Source of the DNA: an uncultured Candidatus Saccharibacteria bacterium
GTDB taxonomy: Bacteria > Patescibacteriota > Minisyncoccia > Minisyncoccales > RBG-13-42-11
Direction: 5' to 3'
NCBI GenBank assembly: GCA_964481125.1
Contig: CAYZSL010000001.1
Coordinates: 98,468-162,467, forward strand
DNA: 64,000 bases
How positions within the stretch are numbered: the stretch's first letter is position 1; the number at the start of each line of letters is the position of its first letter. The notes beneath the pieces were generated by a model. The model was not told the DNA's origin. It did not search any database and worked only from the letters and a program-made list of their open reading frames with translations. The position numbers and the translations under genes are program-made. Below are positions 9,429 to 20,564 of this stretch, one piece after another.

Positions 9429-9893
9429 TTATTTTTTAATAATTTTATCTACCATTTCAAGTTCTTCCCAAATCCCGCCTATCAAATCATAATTCTTAGC
9501 TTCTTCAAGGTTTACCCATTTATAATCAACGTTTTCTTCGTTCATTTTCACTTCGCCTGACTGCCAATCGCAGTAATAGCTTAAAGTGATAACCGGAATA
9601 TTGTCAGGACGTAAAAAAGTCAAATCCAAAAGGTATTTCAGTTCACCAACCTCCAAATTCGTCTCTTCCTTAATCTCCCGTTTTAAAGAATTAGTCAGGG
9701 GAAAATACCAGGCATCAGGATTGGTTTTGGGCGTATTAATGTAATCTCTGAGTTCTAAACCGCCGCCTGGAACGCTCCACCTTAAAGGAAAAGCTTTTTT
9801 ATCCGGACTACGCTGCAAAATAAGATACTTTCCGTCTTTTTGAATGATTGCCGTAGCTGTAACCCTATGAAGTTCTAAGTTCTGATTTTCCAT
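9429..9893 (-). CDS. NUDIX hydrolase
   Basis: 154 aa. A Nudix-box-like stretch GGGLE...(insert)...LKREIKEETNLEV; the spacing is longer than the canonical GX5EX7REUXEEXGU. Confidence 0.7.
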   Translation of the reverse strand: MENQNLELHRVTATAIIQKDGKYLILQRSPDKKAFPLRWSVPGGGLELRDYINTPKTNPDAWYFPLTNSLKREIKEETNLEVGELKYLLDLTFLRPDNIPVITLSYYCDWQSGEVKMNEENVDYKWVNLEEAKNYDLIGGIWEELEMVDKIIKK

Positions 9894-9898
9894 AATTT

Positions 9899-10255
9899 TT
9901 ACTTCTCGTTCCAGTCTATTCCCTGTCTTTTGGCATGCTTTTTTGAAAAACCTTCAGGATACCTTTTTTTGAGTTTAGCAATGTTTTCTTCCAAAACTTC
10001 ATCCAAGTCCCAATCAAAGAAATTGCAGATCATAGCTGCATACCACAAAGTATCTCCGATGTTTTCCCTGATACCGGCAATCTGGTCGTTTTTATGCGAG
10101 AAAGTTTTTTTAATGCAGCCTGCCGCATCCCCTGCTTCGCCGACAATGCCCAAACCCCAGGTCAATATCTCTTTTTCTTTGTCTTGGAATTTCTGGGCTG
10201 TGTTTTTACAAAGCTTTTGATATTCTTTTAAGTTTTTAATTTTATTTTTTGCCAT
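9899..10255 (-). CDS. MazG-like nucleotide pyrophosphohydrolase
   Basis: 118 aa. GLGIVGEAGDAAGCIKK...ENIGDTLWYAAMICNFFDWDLDEVLEENIAKLKKRY fits the MazG helical-bundle motifs (E..E and E..D pairs). Confidence 0.7.
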   Translation of the reverse strand: MAKNKIKNLKEYQKLCKNTAQKFQDKEKEILTWGLGIVGEAGDAAGCIKKTFSHKNDQIAGIRENIGDTLWYAAMICNFFDWDLDEVLEENIAKLKKRYPEGFSKKHAKRQGIDWNEK

Positions 10256-10257
10256 TT

Positions 10258-10644
10258 TTATTTTTTAATCTTGCAAAAAGAACTTAATATTCTCTTCGCT
10301 TTATTAAAATTCTTGTCTTCCACCAAAAGATAATTGGTTTCGTAGGTTGAAACATTGAAAATGCTAATGCCGGCTTTAGCTAAAGGTTGTGATAAAGCAA
10401 CAATAACGCCGACAGAACTTATATCCAAATCTCCCTCAAGCCTGAAAGCCCTCCAATCTTTCTCAAACATGACTCCTGCCGGAATCTTCATCTGAGGGCA
10501 AACAATAGAAAGCTCTGTTCTCGTTCTCGTAATAGAACAAAAAAAGGTTTTCCCCGCCCACTCTGGAATGGGAATGTTTTTGGATAAATGACAAATGCCT
10601 AATTTTTCAGGCAATATGGAAAGCGTAAACTTTTTGTTTTTCAT
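10258..10644 (-). CDS. ACT-domain protein (ACT_7/COG3603-like)
   Basis: 128 aa. LSILPEKLGICHL...ELSIVCPQ...WRAFRLEGDLDISSVGVIVALSQPLAKAGISIFNVSTYETNYLLV matches this small ACT family as I recall it. Confidence 0.6.
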   Translation of the reverse strand: MKNKKFTLSILPEKLGICHLSKNIPIPEWAGKTFFCSITRTRTELSIVCPQMKIPAGVMFEKDWRAFRLEGDLDISSVGVIVALSQPLAKAGISIFNVSTYETNYLLVEDKNFNKAKRILSSFCKIKK

Positions 10645-10671
10645 ATGTTTTAAGGTTAATAATAATCCGAG

Positions 10672-10756
10672 CGGAGGAGGTGGGATTCGAACCCACGGGC
10701 CCCTTGCGGGGCACGGCTTTCCAAGCCGTTGGAATAAACCGCTATCCGACTCCTCC
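10672..10756 (-). tRNA. tRNA-Ser (anticodon GGA)
   Basis: On the reverse complement: acceptor GGAGGAG/CTCCTCC, anticodon stem ACGGC/GCCGT with loop TTGGAAA, long variable arm GCCCCGCAAGGGGCC, T arm GTGGG-TTCGAAT-CCCAC. Abuts the htpX stop codon. Confidence 0.9.
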
Positions 10757-11653
10757 CTAAATACTCATTCCCCTTAAAGCTTTGACCCTCTCTTCCATCG
10801 GAGGATGAGTCATGAATAACTTATGGAACCAGGATTTCTTTTCTTTCCCCCGGAAAGGATTGGCAATGTAAAGATGGGAAGTTGTGTCATTTGCCACTTT
10901 CAAAGGGCTTGGGTCAACGGAAATCTTTTCCAAAGCGCGAGCTAATCCTTCAGGATATCTGGTTAAAAGAGAGCCTGAAGCATCAGCCAAGAATTCCCTT
11001 TTTCTGGAAATTGCCAATCGGATCAAACTGGCAGCAATAGGAGCCAGAATGGCAGCAGCTATTCCTGCCAAAATCAAAAGACCACCACCTGAACTCTTTG
11101 AGCTACGTCCTCCTCCAAAAAAACTGATTCTTAAAAAGAAATGGGACAATATGGCAATAACCCCAGCCATAATAACAACTACTGTCTGCAATAACATGTC
11201 TTTGTTGCCAATGTGCGATAACTCATGAGCAATCACCCCTTCCAGTTCAGTTTTCTCAAGCTTGTCTAAAAGACCTCTGGTTACAGCAACAACAGCATGC
11301 CTGGCATCCCTGCCTGTGGCAAAAGCATTGGGCTGGGCTTCTTCAATAATGTAGATTTTAGGCAGAGGAAGGCCAGCAGTAATGCAAAGATTTTCAACCA
11401 ACCTGCACAACTCAGGATTATCTTTCTTTTCAATTGGCTTTGCTTTGGCAGTTGCCAAAACAATCTTGTCAGAATACCAATAGCTGGAAATACTGGTTAA
11501 GACGCTAAAACCAACAGCAATCAATAAAATCATTTGGCTTTCAAATATATTGCCGAACAGCCAGCCCAAAGCAATAATCAATATCAAAAAACCAGTCATT
11601 AACAACCAAGTCTTTCGGATATTAGACCCGGCATGCGTATATATTGTCGCCAT
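10757..11653 (-). CDS. htpX: Zinc metalloprotease HtpX (peptidase M48)
   Basis: 298 aa with four TM segments. HELSHIGNKD zinc motif and downstream EFLADASG. Confidence 0.9.
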   Translation of the reverse strand: MATIYTHAGSNIRKTWLLMTGFLILIIALGWLFGNIFESQMILLIAVGFSVLTSISSYWYSDKIVLATAKAKPIEKKDNPELCRLVENLCITAGLPLPKIYIIEEAQPNAFATGRDARHAVVAVTRGLLDKLEKTELEGVIAHELSHIGNKDMLLQTVVVIMAGVIAILSHFFLRISFFGGGRSSKSSGGGLLILAGIAAAILAPIAASLIRLAISRKREFLADASGSLLTRYPEGLARALEKISVDPSPLKVANDTTSHLYIANPFRGKEKKSWFHKLFMTHPPMEERVKALRGMSI

Positions 11654-11655
11654 AC

Positions 11656-12210
11656 TTAAAACTTGACTTTGACCGCCTCTTTTTCTTCTGGAGCGCCAGT
11701 TTCAAAGAAATCCATTTTCTTGAATCTGAAAATAGCTGCAATAATGTTTGCCGGAAAGGTTTCAATCTGAATATTCATATCCCTGACATTGCCATTGTAA
11801 AACCTTCTGGCAGCTTGAATCTTATCTTCAGTATCAGTCAATTCATCCTGGAATTTCTGGAAGTTTTCCGAAGCCCTTAGATTGGGATAATTCTCAGCCA
11901 CGGCAAAAAGGGACTTTAAAGTTTGAGAAAGGGCATTTTCTGCTTCTCCCTTTTCTTTCAAACCCTTGGCTCCCATTGCGTTGGCTCTAGCTTGAGTCAC
12001 TCTCTCGAAAACTCCGCTTTCATGGGCAGCATATCCTTTGACCGCTTCCACCAAATTAGGTATTAAGTCATACCTTCTCTTCAGCTGGACCTCAATATCT
12101 GACCAAGCTTCTTTCACCCTGTTTTTAAAGGCAATAAGCCGGTTGTAAACTAAAACCACCCAAAGAACGATAGCAACGCCTATTATTATAAGAATTTTAT
12201 TAAAATCCAT
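11656..12210 (-). CDS. lemA: LemA family protein
   Basis: 184 aa with an N-terminal TM segment. AWSDIEVQLKRRYDLIPNLVEAVKGYAAHE...RRFYNGNVRDMN is typical LemA. Sits 2 nt upstream of htpX. Confidence 0.85.
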   Translation of the reverse strand: MDFNKILIIIGVAIVLWVVLVYNRLIAFKNRVKEAWSDIEVQLKRRYDLIPNLVEAVKGYAAHESGVFERVTQARANAMGAKGLKEKGEAENALSQTLKSLFAVAENYPNLRASENFQKFQDELTDTEDKIQAARRFYNGNVRDMNIQIETFPANIIAAIFRFKKMDFFETGAPEEKEAVKVKF

Positions 12211-12261
12211 AATAGATTTACAAATTAAAAATTGGTATATCGACCTATTACCAGTATAACT

Positions 12262-12296
12262 AAAAACTCCTCCAGTTTCAACCAGGAAGAGTTTTT
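12262..12296 (-). terminator. Rho-independent terminator after groEL
   Basis: The minus strand reads AAAAACTCTTCCTGG-ttgaaa-CTGGAGGAGTTTTTAG. The stem is about 8 bp with one G-U pair, followed by T5, 10 nt after the groEL stop. Confidence 0.6.
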
Positions 12297-12305
12297 AAGT
12301 TTTAA

Positions 12306-14223
<1,918 letters not shown>

Positions 14224-14241
14224 AATTCTTCTTTCTTAATT

Positions 14242-14268
14242 TTAGCAAACATGACCTTTGAGTGCTAA
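14242..14268 (-). promoter_or_regulatory. CIRCE (HrcA operator) inverted repeat upstream of groES
   Basis: The minus strand reads TTAGCACTC-aaaggtcat-GTTTGCTAA against the consensus TTAGCACTC-N9-GAGTGCTAA. The left half is perfect and the right half matches 7 of 9. Lies 18 nt upstream of the groES ATG. Confidence 0.8.
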
Positions 14269-14273
14269 TATTC

Positions 14274-14301
14274 AGTTTAATGAATAAGAAAAATTTGTCA
14301 A
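14274..14301 (-). promoter_or_regulatory. Sigma-70-type promoter of groES-groEL (TTGACA-16 nt-TAAACT)
   Basis: Perfect -35 TTGACA (plus strand 14296-14301). The -10 TAAACT (14274-14279) is 16 nt downstream. CIRCE begins 5 nt after the -10. Confidence 0.55.
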
Positions 14302-14309
14302 GAAGTTTC

Positions 14310-14343
14310 AAAAGAGAACGGAGCACATCTTACGATATGCTCC
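14310..14343 (-). terminator. Terminator-like hairpin after ORF 14376-14804
   Basis: The minus strand reads GGAGCA-tatcgtaagatg-TGCTCC followed by gttctctttt. The 12-nt loop makes this a weak call. Confidence 0.35.
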
Positions 14344-14375
14344 GGTAATTAAAATTGTGTTCCCCTCCTCTCTTT

Positions 14376-14804
14376 TTATCGTTTTATGGAAAGACACTCA
14401 TCAAGTGCATTAAGGGCTATTTGTGTTACATCCCGTTGACCCATTCGTTCAGAAATTACCATTAAACATCTGCTTCCTCCACGCAACTTGCTTTGTATTT
14501 CAATGTCCTTCTGATTCTTCACATAGACAAACACTATCCTATCATATTGGAATACCACCTTGATAGATATGTCAATCTTATGTTTAGGACTAGAATAAAC
14601 CCTCGAAATAACCTCGACAATTCTTCCGAATCTACCAAACTCCATCTTTTTATGCTGAAGATCTTCCAAGGATCGGCAAGCTTTTTCTTCCAAAATCAAT
14701 CTAATTTTTCTGGCATTAGAGATTTTCTTCCCTTTCCTTATCGCGTGGCGTTTATTCCGGACCGTTTTGCAAAGTCGAATTTTTTTTCTATTTTTTTTAC
14801 CCAA
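14376..14804 (-). CDS. Hypothetical protein with a strongly basic N-terminus
   Basis: 142-aa ORF between uvrA and groES. The N-terminal 35 aa are Lys/Arg-rich (MGKKNRKKIRLCKTVRNKRHAIRKGKK). No family recognised. Confidence 0.45.
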   Translation of the reverse strand: MGKKNRKKIRLCKTVRNKRHAIRKGKKISNARKIRLILEEKACRSLEDLQHKKMEFGRFGRIVEVISRVYSSPKHKIDISIKVVFQYDRIVFVYVKNQKDIEIQSKLRGGSRCLMVISERMGQRDVTQIALNALDECLSIKR

Positions 14805-14892
14805 TTTCTATCGTCTCCTTTCATTCTATAAATTTGGCGAAAACCAAGGAACTAAGTCAACCCTAACTCTTTCCATATATAAAATCAAGGAA

Positions 14893-17709
14893 CTATTTCT
14901 GTTTTAAGTATTTTCCAGTATAGCTCTTTTTACTCTTGGTAATTTCAGAAGGAATACCCTCAGCAATGATGTATCCTCCTTTTTCCCCTCCTTCTGGCCC
15001 CAAATCAATAATCCAGTCAGCATTCTTAATAAAATCCAGATTGTGCTCAATAGTGACAACTGTATTGCCCTTATCAACCAAACCCTTCAAAACCTGTATC
15101 AGCTTTTTAATATCGTCAAAATGAAGACCGGTGGTCGGTTCGTCCAGAATATACAAACTCTTGCCTGTTGCTTTTCTGGAAAGTTCTGTGGCCAGTTTCA
15201 CTCTCTGTGCTTCTCCACCAGAGAGCGAAGGAGCTGGCTGTCCCAATTGAATGTATCCCAAACCAACTTCATGCAAAGTTTTAAGTTTCTCATAAAGACC
15301 AACGATATTTTTAAAAAAATCCAAAGCTTCCTCTACTGTCATCTCAAGAACCTGGGCAATGTTTTTTCCTTTGTATTCAACCGACAAAGTTTCCTTATTG
15401 AACCTCATGCCTTTGCAATCCGAACACTGTATATATATGTCAGGCAAAAAGTACATTTCTATTTTCTTAACTCCCTGGCCTTCGCAGCTTTCGCATCTTC
15501 CTCCCTTAACGTTAAAGCTGAAACGGCCTGGTCTGTACCCCCTGATTCTTGCTTCCTTAGTCTTGGTAAATAAATCACGGATGTATGAAAAAGCGCCTGT
15601 GTAAGTGGCAGGATTTGACCTAGGGGTCCTGCCTATCGGCGACTGGTCAACTAAAACTACTTTATTTAAAAACTCTGTTCCCAGAATTTCTTTGTGCTGG
15701 CCTGGCTCTTCTTTAGCCCTATAAAACTTCTTTAACAGGGCGCGGGCCAGAACATCGTTCATCAAACTGCTTTTGCCGGATCCTGAAACTCCGGTAATGC
15801 AAACGAACTTAGCCAAAGGCATTTTCACGTCAATATTCTTTAAATTATGCTCTGTTGCGTTTTTAACTGTCAGATAATTCTGAACATTATCCTGTTTTAG
15901 AGATTTAGTTTTTTTAGAATCAATGTAAACTTTCTTCCTTCCGGAAAGATACTCACCGGTCAAAGAACGTGATTTCAATAATTGCTTTGGCGTGCCCTGG
16001 AAAACGATCTTGCCGCCGTGTTTGCCGGCCCCAGGCCCAATATCAACCACCCAGTCGCTATGCAAAATAGTCTGGCGGTCGTGTTCGACAATAATAATCG
16101 TATTGCCCAAATCCTTGAGCTTTTCCAAGGTTTGGATTAAGCGGCCCTGGTCTCTGGCATGGAGCCCGATTGAAGGCTCGTCTAATATGTAAAGGACTCC
16201 TGTCAATTTTGAACCTATTTGCGTGGCCAGCCTTATCCTCTGTTCTTCTCCACCAGCCAAAGTGTCTGATTTCCTGTCCAAAGTAAGATAATCCAAACCA
16301 ACATCAATCAAAAACTGCAACCGGTTTAAAACCTCTTTAATAATGGGAGAAGCGATTTTCAATTCGCTGTTTTTTAATTTAGAATTGCGGCTTTTGATTA
16401 AACTTTCAAAAAACTCCTGGACTTTATTAATCGGCATGCCAACAATCTTATCAAGAGACAAACCAGCTACTGTAACAGCCAAGATTTCCGGCTTCAATCT
16501 CTTGCCCTGGCATATTTCGCACTGCTTTTCAACCATGTACTGTTCTATTTCGCTTCTGGTGTAATCGGAATCCGTTGCATGATATCTCCTTTCCAAATTA
16601 GGAATCACTCCTTCAAAGTCAGCATTGCCCTGCAATATCAAATCAATGATTTTCTTTGGCAGTTCTTTGACCGAAACATCCAAAGAGAATTTATGCGTTT
16701 CTGCCAGCTTTTGCAGCTGGGACCAGAAATACCCCTGCCTGCCGATTTTATGGGAAGCAAAGGCCCAAGGAAATATAGCGCCTTCGGCAATCGTTAAGTT
16801 TTGGTTTGGTATGACGAGCTTTGGATCAACTTCCAGTCTTTCTCCCAACCCCTGGCAAGAAGGGCAAGCGCCGAAAGGAGAATTAAAAGAAAACAATCTC
16901 GGCTCAAGTTCTGGCAAAGAAAGCCCGCATTCTTCACAGGCAAAATGCTCGGAAAAAATAAAATCATTGTCTTTTCGGCTTACCATTACCATGCCTTTCC
17001 CCAATTTCAAACCTGTTTCCAAAGAATCAATTAATCTTGACTTATCCAAACTTTTGTCTAAAACCAATCTATCAACAACCACCTCAATATTATGCTTTTT
17101 ATTTTTGTCCAAGGTTTTATCGATAATCTCTTCAATACGATGGACAATGCCATCTACCCTAACCCTGACAAAGCCTGCTCTCTGCGCCTCTTCCAGAACT
17201 CCCCTATGCTCTCCTTTCTTGCCCCTGACCAAAGGACCAAGAATACTGATCTCGCTTTTCTTTGGCAGATTTAAGACTTGATCAGTAATTTGATCTATTG
17301 TCTGCCGGCTGATAGGTTTGCCGCATTTTGGACAGTGAGGTTTACCTATTCTGGCGAACAAAAGCCGGAGATAGTCATATATCTCTGTTATTGTACCGAC
17401 AGTCGAACGAGGATTGTGAGAAGCTTTTCTCTGGTCGATTGAAATTGCCGGACTTATTCCTTCGATGTAATCGACATCCGGCTTATCCATAACTCCCAAA
17501 AACTGCCTGGCATAAGCAGAAAGAGATTCAACATATCTTCTCTGACCTTCAGCATATAGAGTATCAAAAGCCAAAGAAGACTTACCAGAACCCGAAATAC
17601 CGGTGATGACCACCAGTTTGTCTTTCGGGATATCAAGGCTGATATCTTTCAGATTGTGCACTCTTGCCCCACGTATTTTAATAAAGTTGTCAGCCATAAG
17701 AGTAGTCAA
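14893..17709 (-). CDS. uvrA: Excinuclease ABC subunit UvrA
   Basis: 938 aa. Two ABC ATPase modules ([10 protein letters not shown] and [10 protein letters not shown] Walker A; LSGGEEQR and LSGGEAQR signatures). Zinc-finger Cys pairs (CEECG..CPSCQG; CESCEG..CSDCKG). Confidence 0.98.
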   Translation of the reverse strand: MTTLMADNFIKIRGARVHNLKDISLDIPKDKLVVITGISGSGKSSLAFDTLYAEGQRRYVESLSAYARQFLGVMDKPDVDYIEGISPAISIDQRKASHNPRSTVGTITEIYDYLRLLFARIGKPHCPKCGKPISRQTIDQITDQVLNLPKKSEISILGPLVRGKKGEHRGVLEEAQRAGFVRVRVDGIVHRIEEIIDKTLDKNKKHNIEVVVDRLVLDKSLDKSRLIDSLETGLKLGKGMVMVSRKDNDFIFSEHFACEECGLSLPELEPRLFSFNSPFGACPSCQGLGERLEVDPKLVIPNQNLTIAEGAIFPWAFASHKIGRQGYFWSQLQKLAETHKFSLDVSVKELPKKIIDLILQGNADFEGVIPNLERRYHATDSDYTRSEIEQYMVEKQCEICQGKRLKPEILAVTVAGLSLDKIVGMPINKVQEFFESLIKSRNSKLKNSELKIASPIIKEVLNRLQFLIDVGLDYLTLDRKSDTLAGGEEQRIRLATQIGSKLTGVLYILDEPSIGLHARDQGRLIQTLEKLKDLGNTIIIVEHDRQTILHSDWVVDIGPGAGKHGGKIVFQGTPKQLLKSRSLTGEYLSGRKKVYIDSKKTKSLKQDNVQNYLTVKNATEHNLKNIDVKMPLAKFVCITGVSGSGKSSLMNDVLARALLKKFYRAKEEPGQHKEILGTEFLNKVVLVDQSPIGRTPRSNPATYTGAFSYIRDLFTKTKEARIRGYRPGRFSFNVKGGRCESCEGQGVKKIEMYFLPDIYIQCSDCKGMRFNKETLSVEYKGKNIAQVLEMTVEEALDFFKNIVGLYEKLKTLHEVGLGYIQLGQPAPSLSGGEAQRVKLATELSRKATGKSLYILDEPTTGLHFDDIKKLIQVLKGLVDKGNTVVTIEHNLDFIKNADWIIDLGPEGGEKGGYIIAEGIPSEITKSKKSYTGKYLKQK

Positions 17710-17766
17710 TTATACTGCAAATTTAAAAAAAATTCAACAATAGCTAGAGATAAAGGTATAATATAT

Positions 17767-18774
17767 ATGATGGCTTGTAAAAGAGCAAAACTGATCTTTT
17801 TGGTTATTGTTATTGCAACGATAGTCTTTTTTATTGCTGCTATTTTTCTAATTAATACAAAAACGACTGAAATCTACCGTTCCCAAGTTCCAGAACAAAC
17901 AAAAACAGAAACAGTAAATATAATATTAACTGGAGATCTTATGCTGGACCGCGGAGTGGAATATATGATAGAAAAACAAGGAAAAGGAGATTTCAAATTC
18001 CCCTTCCTGAAAATCGCTGATTACTTCAAAAAAGCTGATATTGTTTTCGGCAACCTGGAAGGCGTTATTTCTGACAAAGGAACGAAAATAGGCAGCATAT
18101 ATTCTTTCAGAGTTAATCCTAAAGCAATAGAAGGATTGGTTTCTGCTAACTTTAACGTCTTGTCTTTAGCCAACAACCATGCTCTAGATTACGGGAAAGA
18201 TGCACTACAAGACTGCTTAACCAGATTAAAAGATTATGGCATCAGCTATGTTGGCGCAGGTTCTAACAGAACAGAAGCTTTTTCTTTGATTATTAAGGAA
18301 GTAAATAACACTAAAATAGGTTTTCTAGCTTACACTGATTTAGGGCCCGAAGTCTGGAAAGCCAAAGAAGAAAGTTCCGGCATTGCCTGGATTCAAGATT
18401 ATGATTTGGAAGAAATTAAAAAAGTTATTCAGGAAGCAAAAAACAAAGTTGATGTTCTAATTGTTTCGCTACATTCGGGAAAGGAATATGTCCAGGAATT
18501 AACACTCTTCCAAGTAAACTTTGTTAAAATAGCGACTGAATCTGGGGCGGATATAATAGCTGGCCATCATCCTCATGTTATTCAGAAAGATGAAAAACAA
18601 GGACAGAAATACATATTTTACAGTTTGGGCAATTTCGTTTTTGACCAAAGCTTTTCGGAACAAACTATGCAAGGAGAAATAGTTGAAATTAAAATAGAAG
18701 ATAAAAAGATAACAGAAGTAATAAAAAAACAAATAAAAATAAACGAATTCTTCCAACCAGAAATATATGAATAA
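17767..18774 (+). CDS. CapA/PgsA-family metallophosphoesterase-like protein (membrane-anchored)
   Basis: Motifs GDLMLDRG, FGNLEG, LSLANNHALDYG, SLHSGKEY and AGHHPHVIQ. The start is moved to the ATG at 17767 (MMACKRAKLIF + TM); the ORF-track start at 17656 overlaps uvrA. TATAAT at 17757-17762. Confidence 0.8.
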   Translation: MMACKRAKLIFLVIVIATIVFFIAAIFLINTKTTEIYRSQVPEQTKTETVNIILTGDLMLDRGVEYMIEKQGKGDFKFPFLKIADYFKKADIVFGNLEGVISDKGTKIGSIYSFRVNPKAIEGLVSANFNVLSLANNHALDYGKDALQDCLTRLKDYGISYVGAGSNRTEAFSLIIKEVNNTKIGFLAYTDLGPEVWKAKEESSGIAWIQDYDLEEIKKVIQEAKNKVDVLIVSLHSGKEYVQELTLFQVNFVKIATESGADIIAGHHPHVIQKDEKQGQKYIFYSLGNFVFDQSFSEQTMQGEIVEIKIEDKKITEVIKKQIKINEFFQPEIYE

Positions 18775-19963
18775 ATTCAAGTTTTCAAACAAAACCAACC
18801 AACTACCCAAAACCCCCGGCGTTTACGCTTTCAAGAAAGGAAAGCAGATTATTTACATTGGCAAAGCAGCCAATATTAAAGTAAGAGTAAAAAACCATCA
18901 AAAACTGCTGAGCCAAACTGAAAAAATAGGATACATCAAAACCGATTCTGAAATCGAGGCTTTGATTTTAGAAGCGATCCTTATTAAAAAATATAAGCCA
19001 AAATACAATACAGCCTGGAAAGACGATAAGAACTATTTTTTTATTGCCCTAACGAAAGAGAAATTTCCCAGAATTCTCATAACCCACCAAACAAAACAGA
19101 AAAACAATTATCTCGGGCCTTTTGTCGACGGCTCTTCCCTAAAACAGGTTCTTACGATTCTTAGAAAGGTTTTCCCTTTTCGAACTTGTACAACCCTGCC
19201 AAAGAAGCCCTGTCTTTGGCATCAACTTAACCTCTGCCCTGCTCCATGCCTGATAAAAACAAAAAACGTATGCCAAAAAAACGCCAAGAATATTTTAAAA
19301 ATACTAAAAGGAGAAAAAAACCAGGTTCTAAATAATTTTAAAAAAGAAATGAAAATAGCTTCAAAAAAACAGGATTATGAAAAAGCAGCCAAGATAAGAA
19401 ACAAAATACTTTACTTTGAAAGAATAATGAAAAATACCAACATTTTCGAGGCCGGTAAAACCGAGTCAACGCTTCAATCATTATTAAAAGCTAAAAAACC
19501 GATTTTAAGGATAGAAGCTTACGATGTATCCAATATCCAGGAACAGGAAGCAACAGGCTCCATGGTAACTTTTATTCAAGGAAAACCAAACAAAAGCTTT
19601 TACCGCAAATTCAAAATAAAGCTCCAGGCCAAGCCCAATGACGTGGCCATGATAAAAGAAGTCTTATCCCGTAGATTGAAACATAAAGAATGGCCATATC
19701 CTGACTTAATCTTGATTGACGGCGGCATCGCCCAATTGAATACTGCCATTAAAGTGAAAAATGAAATAAACAAAAATATAAAAGCAGTGAGTTTGGCGAA
19801 AAAACAAAACAAATTATTCATTGAAGGAAGGAAAAAGCCAATCCTATTGAAAACTTTGCCGAAAGAAATCTTTAATCTTATACTGCATTTGCGCGACGAG
19901 GCTCACAGGTTTGCCATAACCTACCACCGCAAATTAAGGACCAGGGCCTTGCTTCCCAGATGA
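18767..19963 (+). CDS. uvrC: Excinuclease ABC subunit UvrC (short form lacking the C-terminal HhH region)
   Basis: 398 aa. GIY-YIG (GVYAFKKGKQIIYIGKAANIKVRV), a UVR-like helix (QDYEKAAKIRNKILYFERI) and an endonuclease V-like domain (RIEAYDVSNIQEQEATGSMVTF..YRKFKI..LILIDGGIAQL). Ends about 200 aa short of typical UvrC. Confidence 0.85.
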   Translation: MNKFKFSNKTNQLPKTPGVYAFKKGKQIIYIGKAANIKVRVKNHQKLLSQTEKIGYIKTDSEIEALILEAILIKKYKPKYNTAWKDDKNYFFIALTKEKFPRILITHQTKQKNNYLGPFVDGSSLKQVLTILRKVFPFRTCTTLPKKPCLWHQLNLCPAPCLIKTKNVCQKNAKNILKILKGEKNQVLNNFKKEMKIASKKQDYEKAAKIRNKILYFERIMKNTNIFEAGKTESTLQSLLKAKKPILRIEAYDVSNIQEQEATGSMVTFIQGKPNKSFYRKFKIKLQAKPNDVAMIKEVLSRRLKHKEWPYPDLILIDGGIAQLNTAIKVKNEINKNIKAVSLAKKQNKLFIEGRKKPILLKTLPKEIFNLILHLRDEAHRFAITYHRKLRTRALLPR

Positions 19964-19983
19964 ATCTCTGATATCATGGATTT

Positions 19984-20343
19984 ATGATTAAACTAATCTT
20001 TCAGGTCGCCGGTGGCGTATTAAGCTTTTGGCTAGCTGTCAGATTCGTTCCTAACGTTGAATTCATCGGAGAAACCAAATATCTGGTGATGGCCGGCGCT
20101 TTCTTGGGGCTGATTAATTTCTTCATTAAGCCGATTATAAGAATCATTACTCTGCCTTTAAGAATCTTGACACTCGGGCTTTTCGGCCTGATAATCAACA
20201 TGGCCATAATTTGGTTCATTGATATCATTTTCCCGGAACTGGTTATCCCCGGCATCATTCCCCTTTTCTGGACGACATTCATTGTTTGGCTGGTCAGTTA
20301 TTTCCTGGGGCTCAGTTCTCCAAGTAAAAAAACTAATAACTAA
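19984..20343 (+). CDS. DUF360/YvlD (holin family IV-like) membrane protein
   Basis: 119 aa with four TM segments. LINFFIKPIIRIITLPLRILTLGLFGLIINMAIIWFIDIIFP matches the family pattern. Confidence 0.6.
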   Translation: MIKLIFQVAGGVLSFWLAVRFVPNVEFIGETKYLVMAGAFLGLINFFIKPIIRIITLPLRILTLGLFGLIINMAIIWFIDIIFPELVIPGIIPLFWTTFIVWLVSYFLGLSSPSKKTNN

Positions 20344-20348
20344 GCAAT

Positions 20349-20564
20349 ATGCAGCAATACTTACCTTTAATTCAAATCATCGTATCTGTGTTATTAATCG
20401 TTTTCATTCTCCTGCAGCAAAGAGGAACTGCTTTAGGTTCTGCCTTTGGCCAGGAAGGAGGCTTTTACGCTACCAGACGTGGCGTACAGCAAAAAATCCT
20501 TTGGGCAACAGTAGTCTGCGGAGTTTTATTCATCGGTTTGGCTCTGTTAAATCTCATTCTTTAA
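20349..20564 (+). CDS. secG: Preprotein translocase subunit SecG
   Basis: 71 aa with two TM segments. VFILLQQRGTALGSAFG is the conserved SecG core. Confidence 0.8.
   Translation: MQQYLPLIQIIVSVLLIVFILLQQRGTALGSAFGQEGGFYATRRGVQQKILWATVVCGVLFIGLALLNLIL

Noticed and set aside
10595-10777. 60-aa plus-strand ORF across tRNA-Ser
   Set aside because: It is explained by the tRNA-Ser(GGA) gene on the opposite strand.
17656-17766. ORF-track start of the CapA-like gene at 17656
   Set aside because: It overlaps uvrA on the opposite strand and precedes the TATAAT box at 17757-17762. The TM anchor begins after the ATG at 17767.
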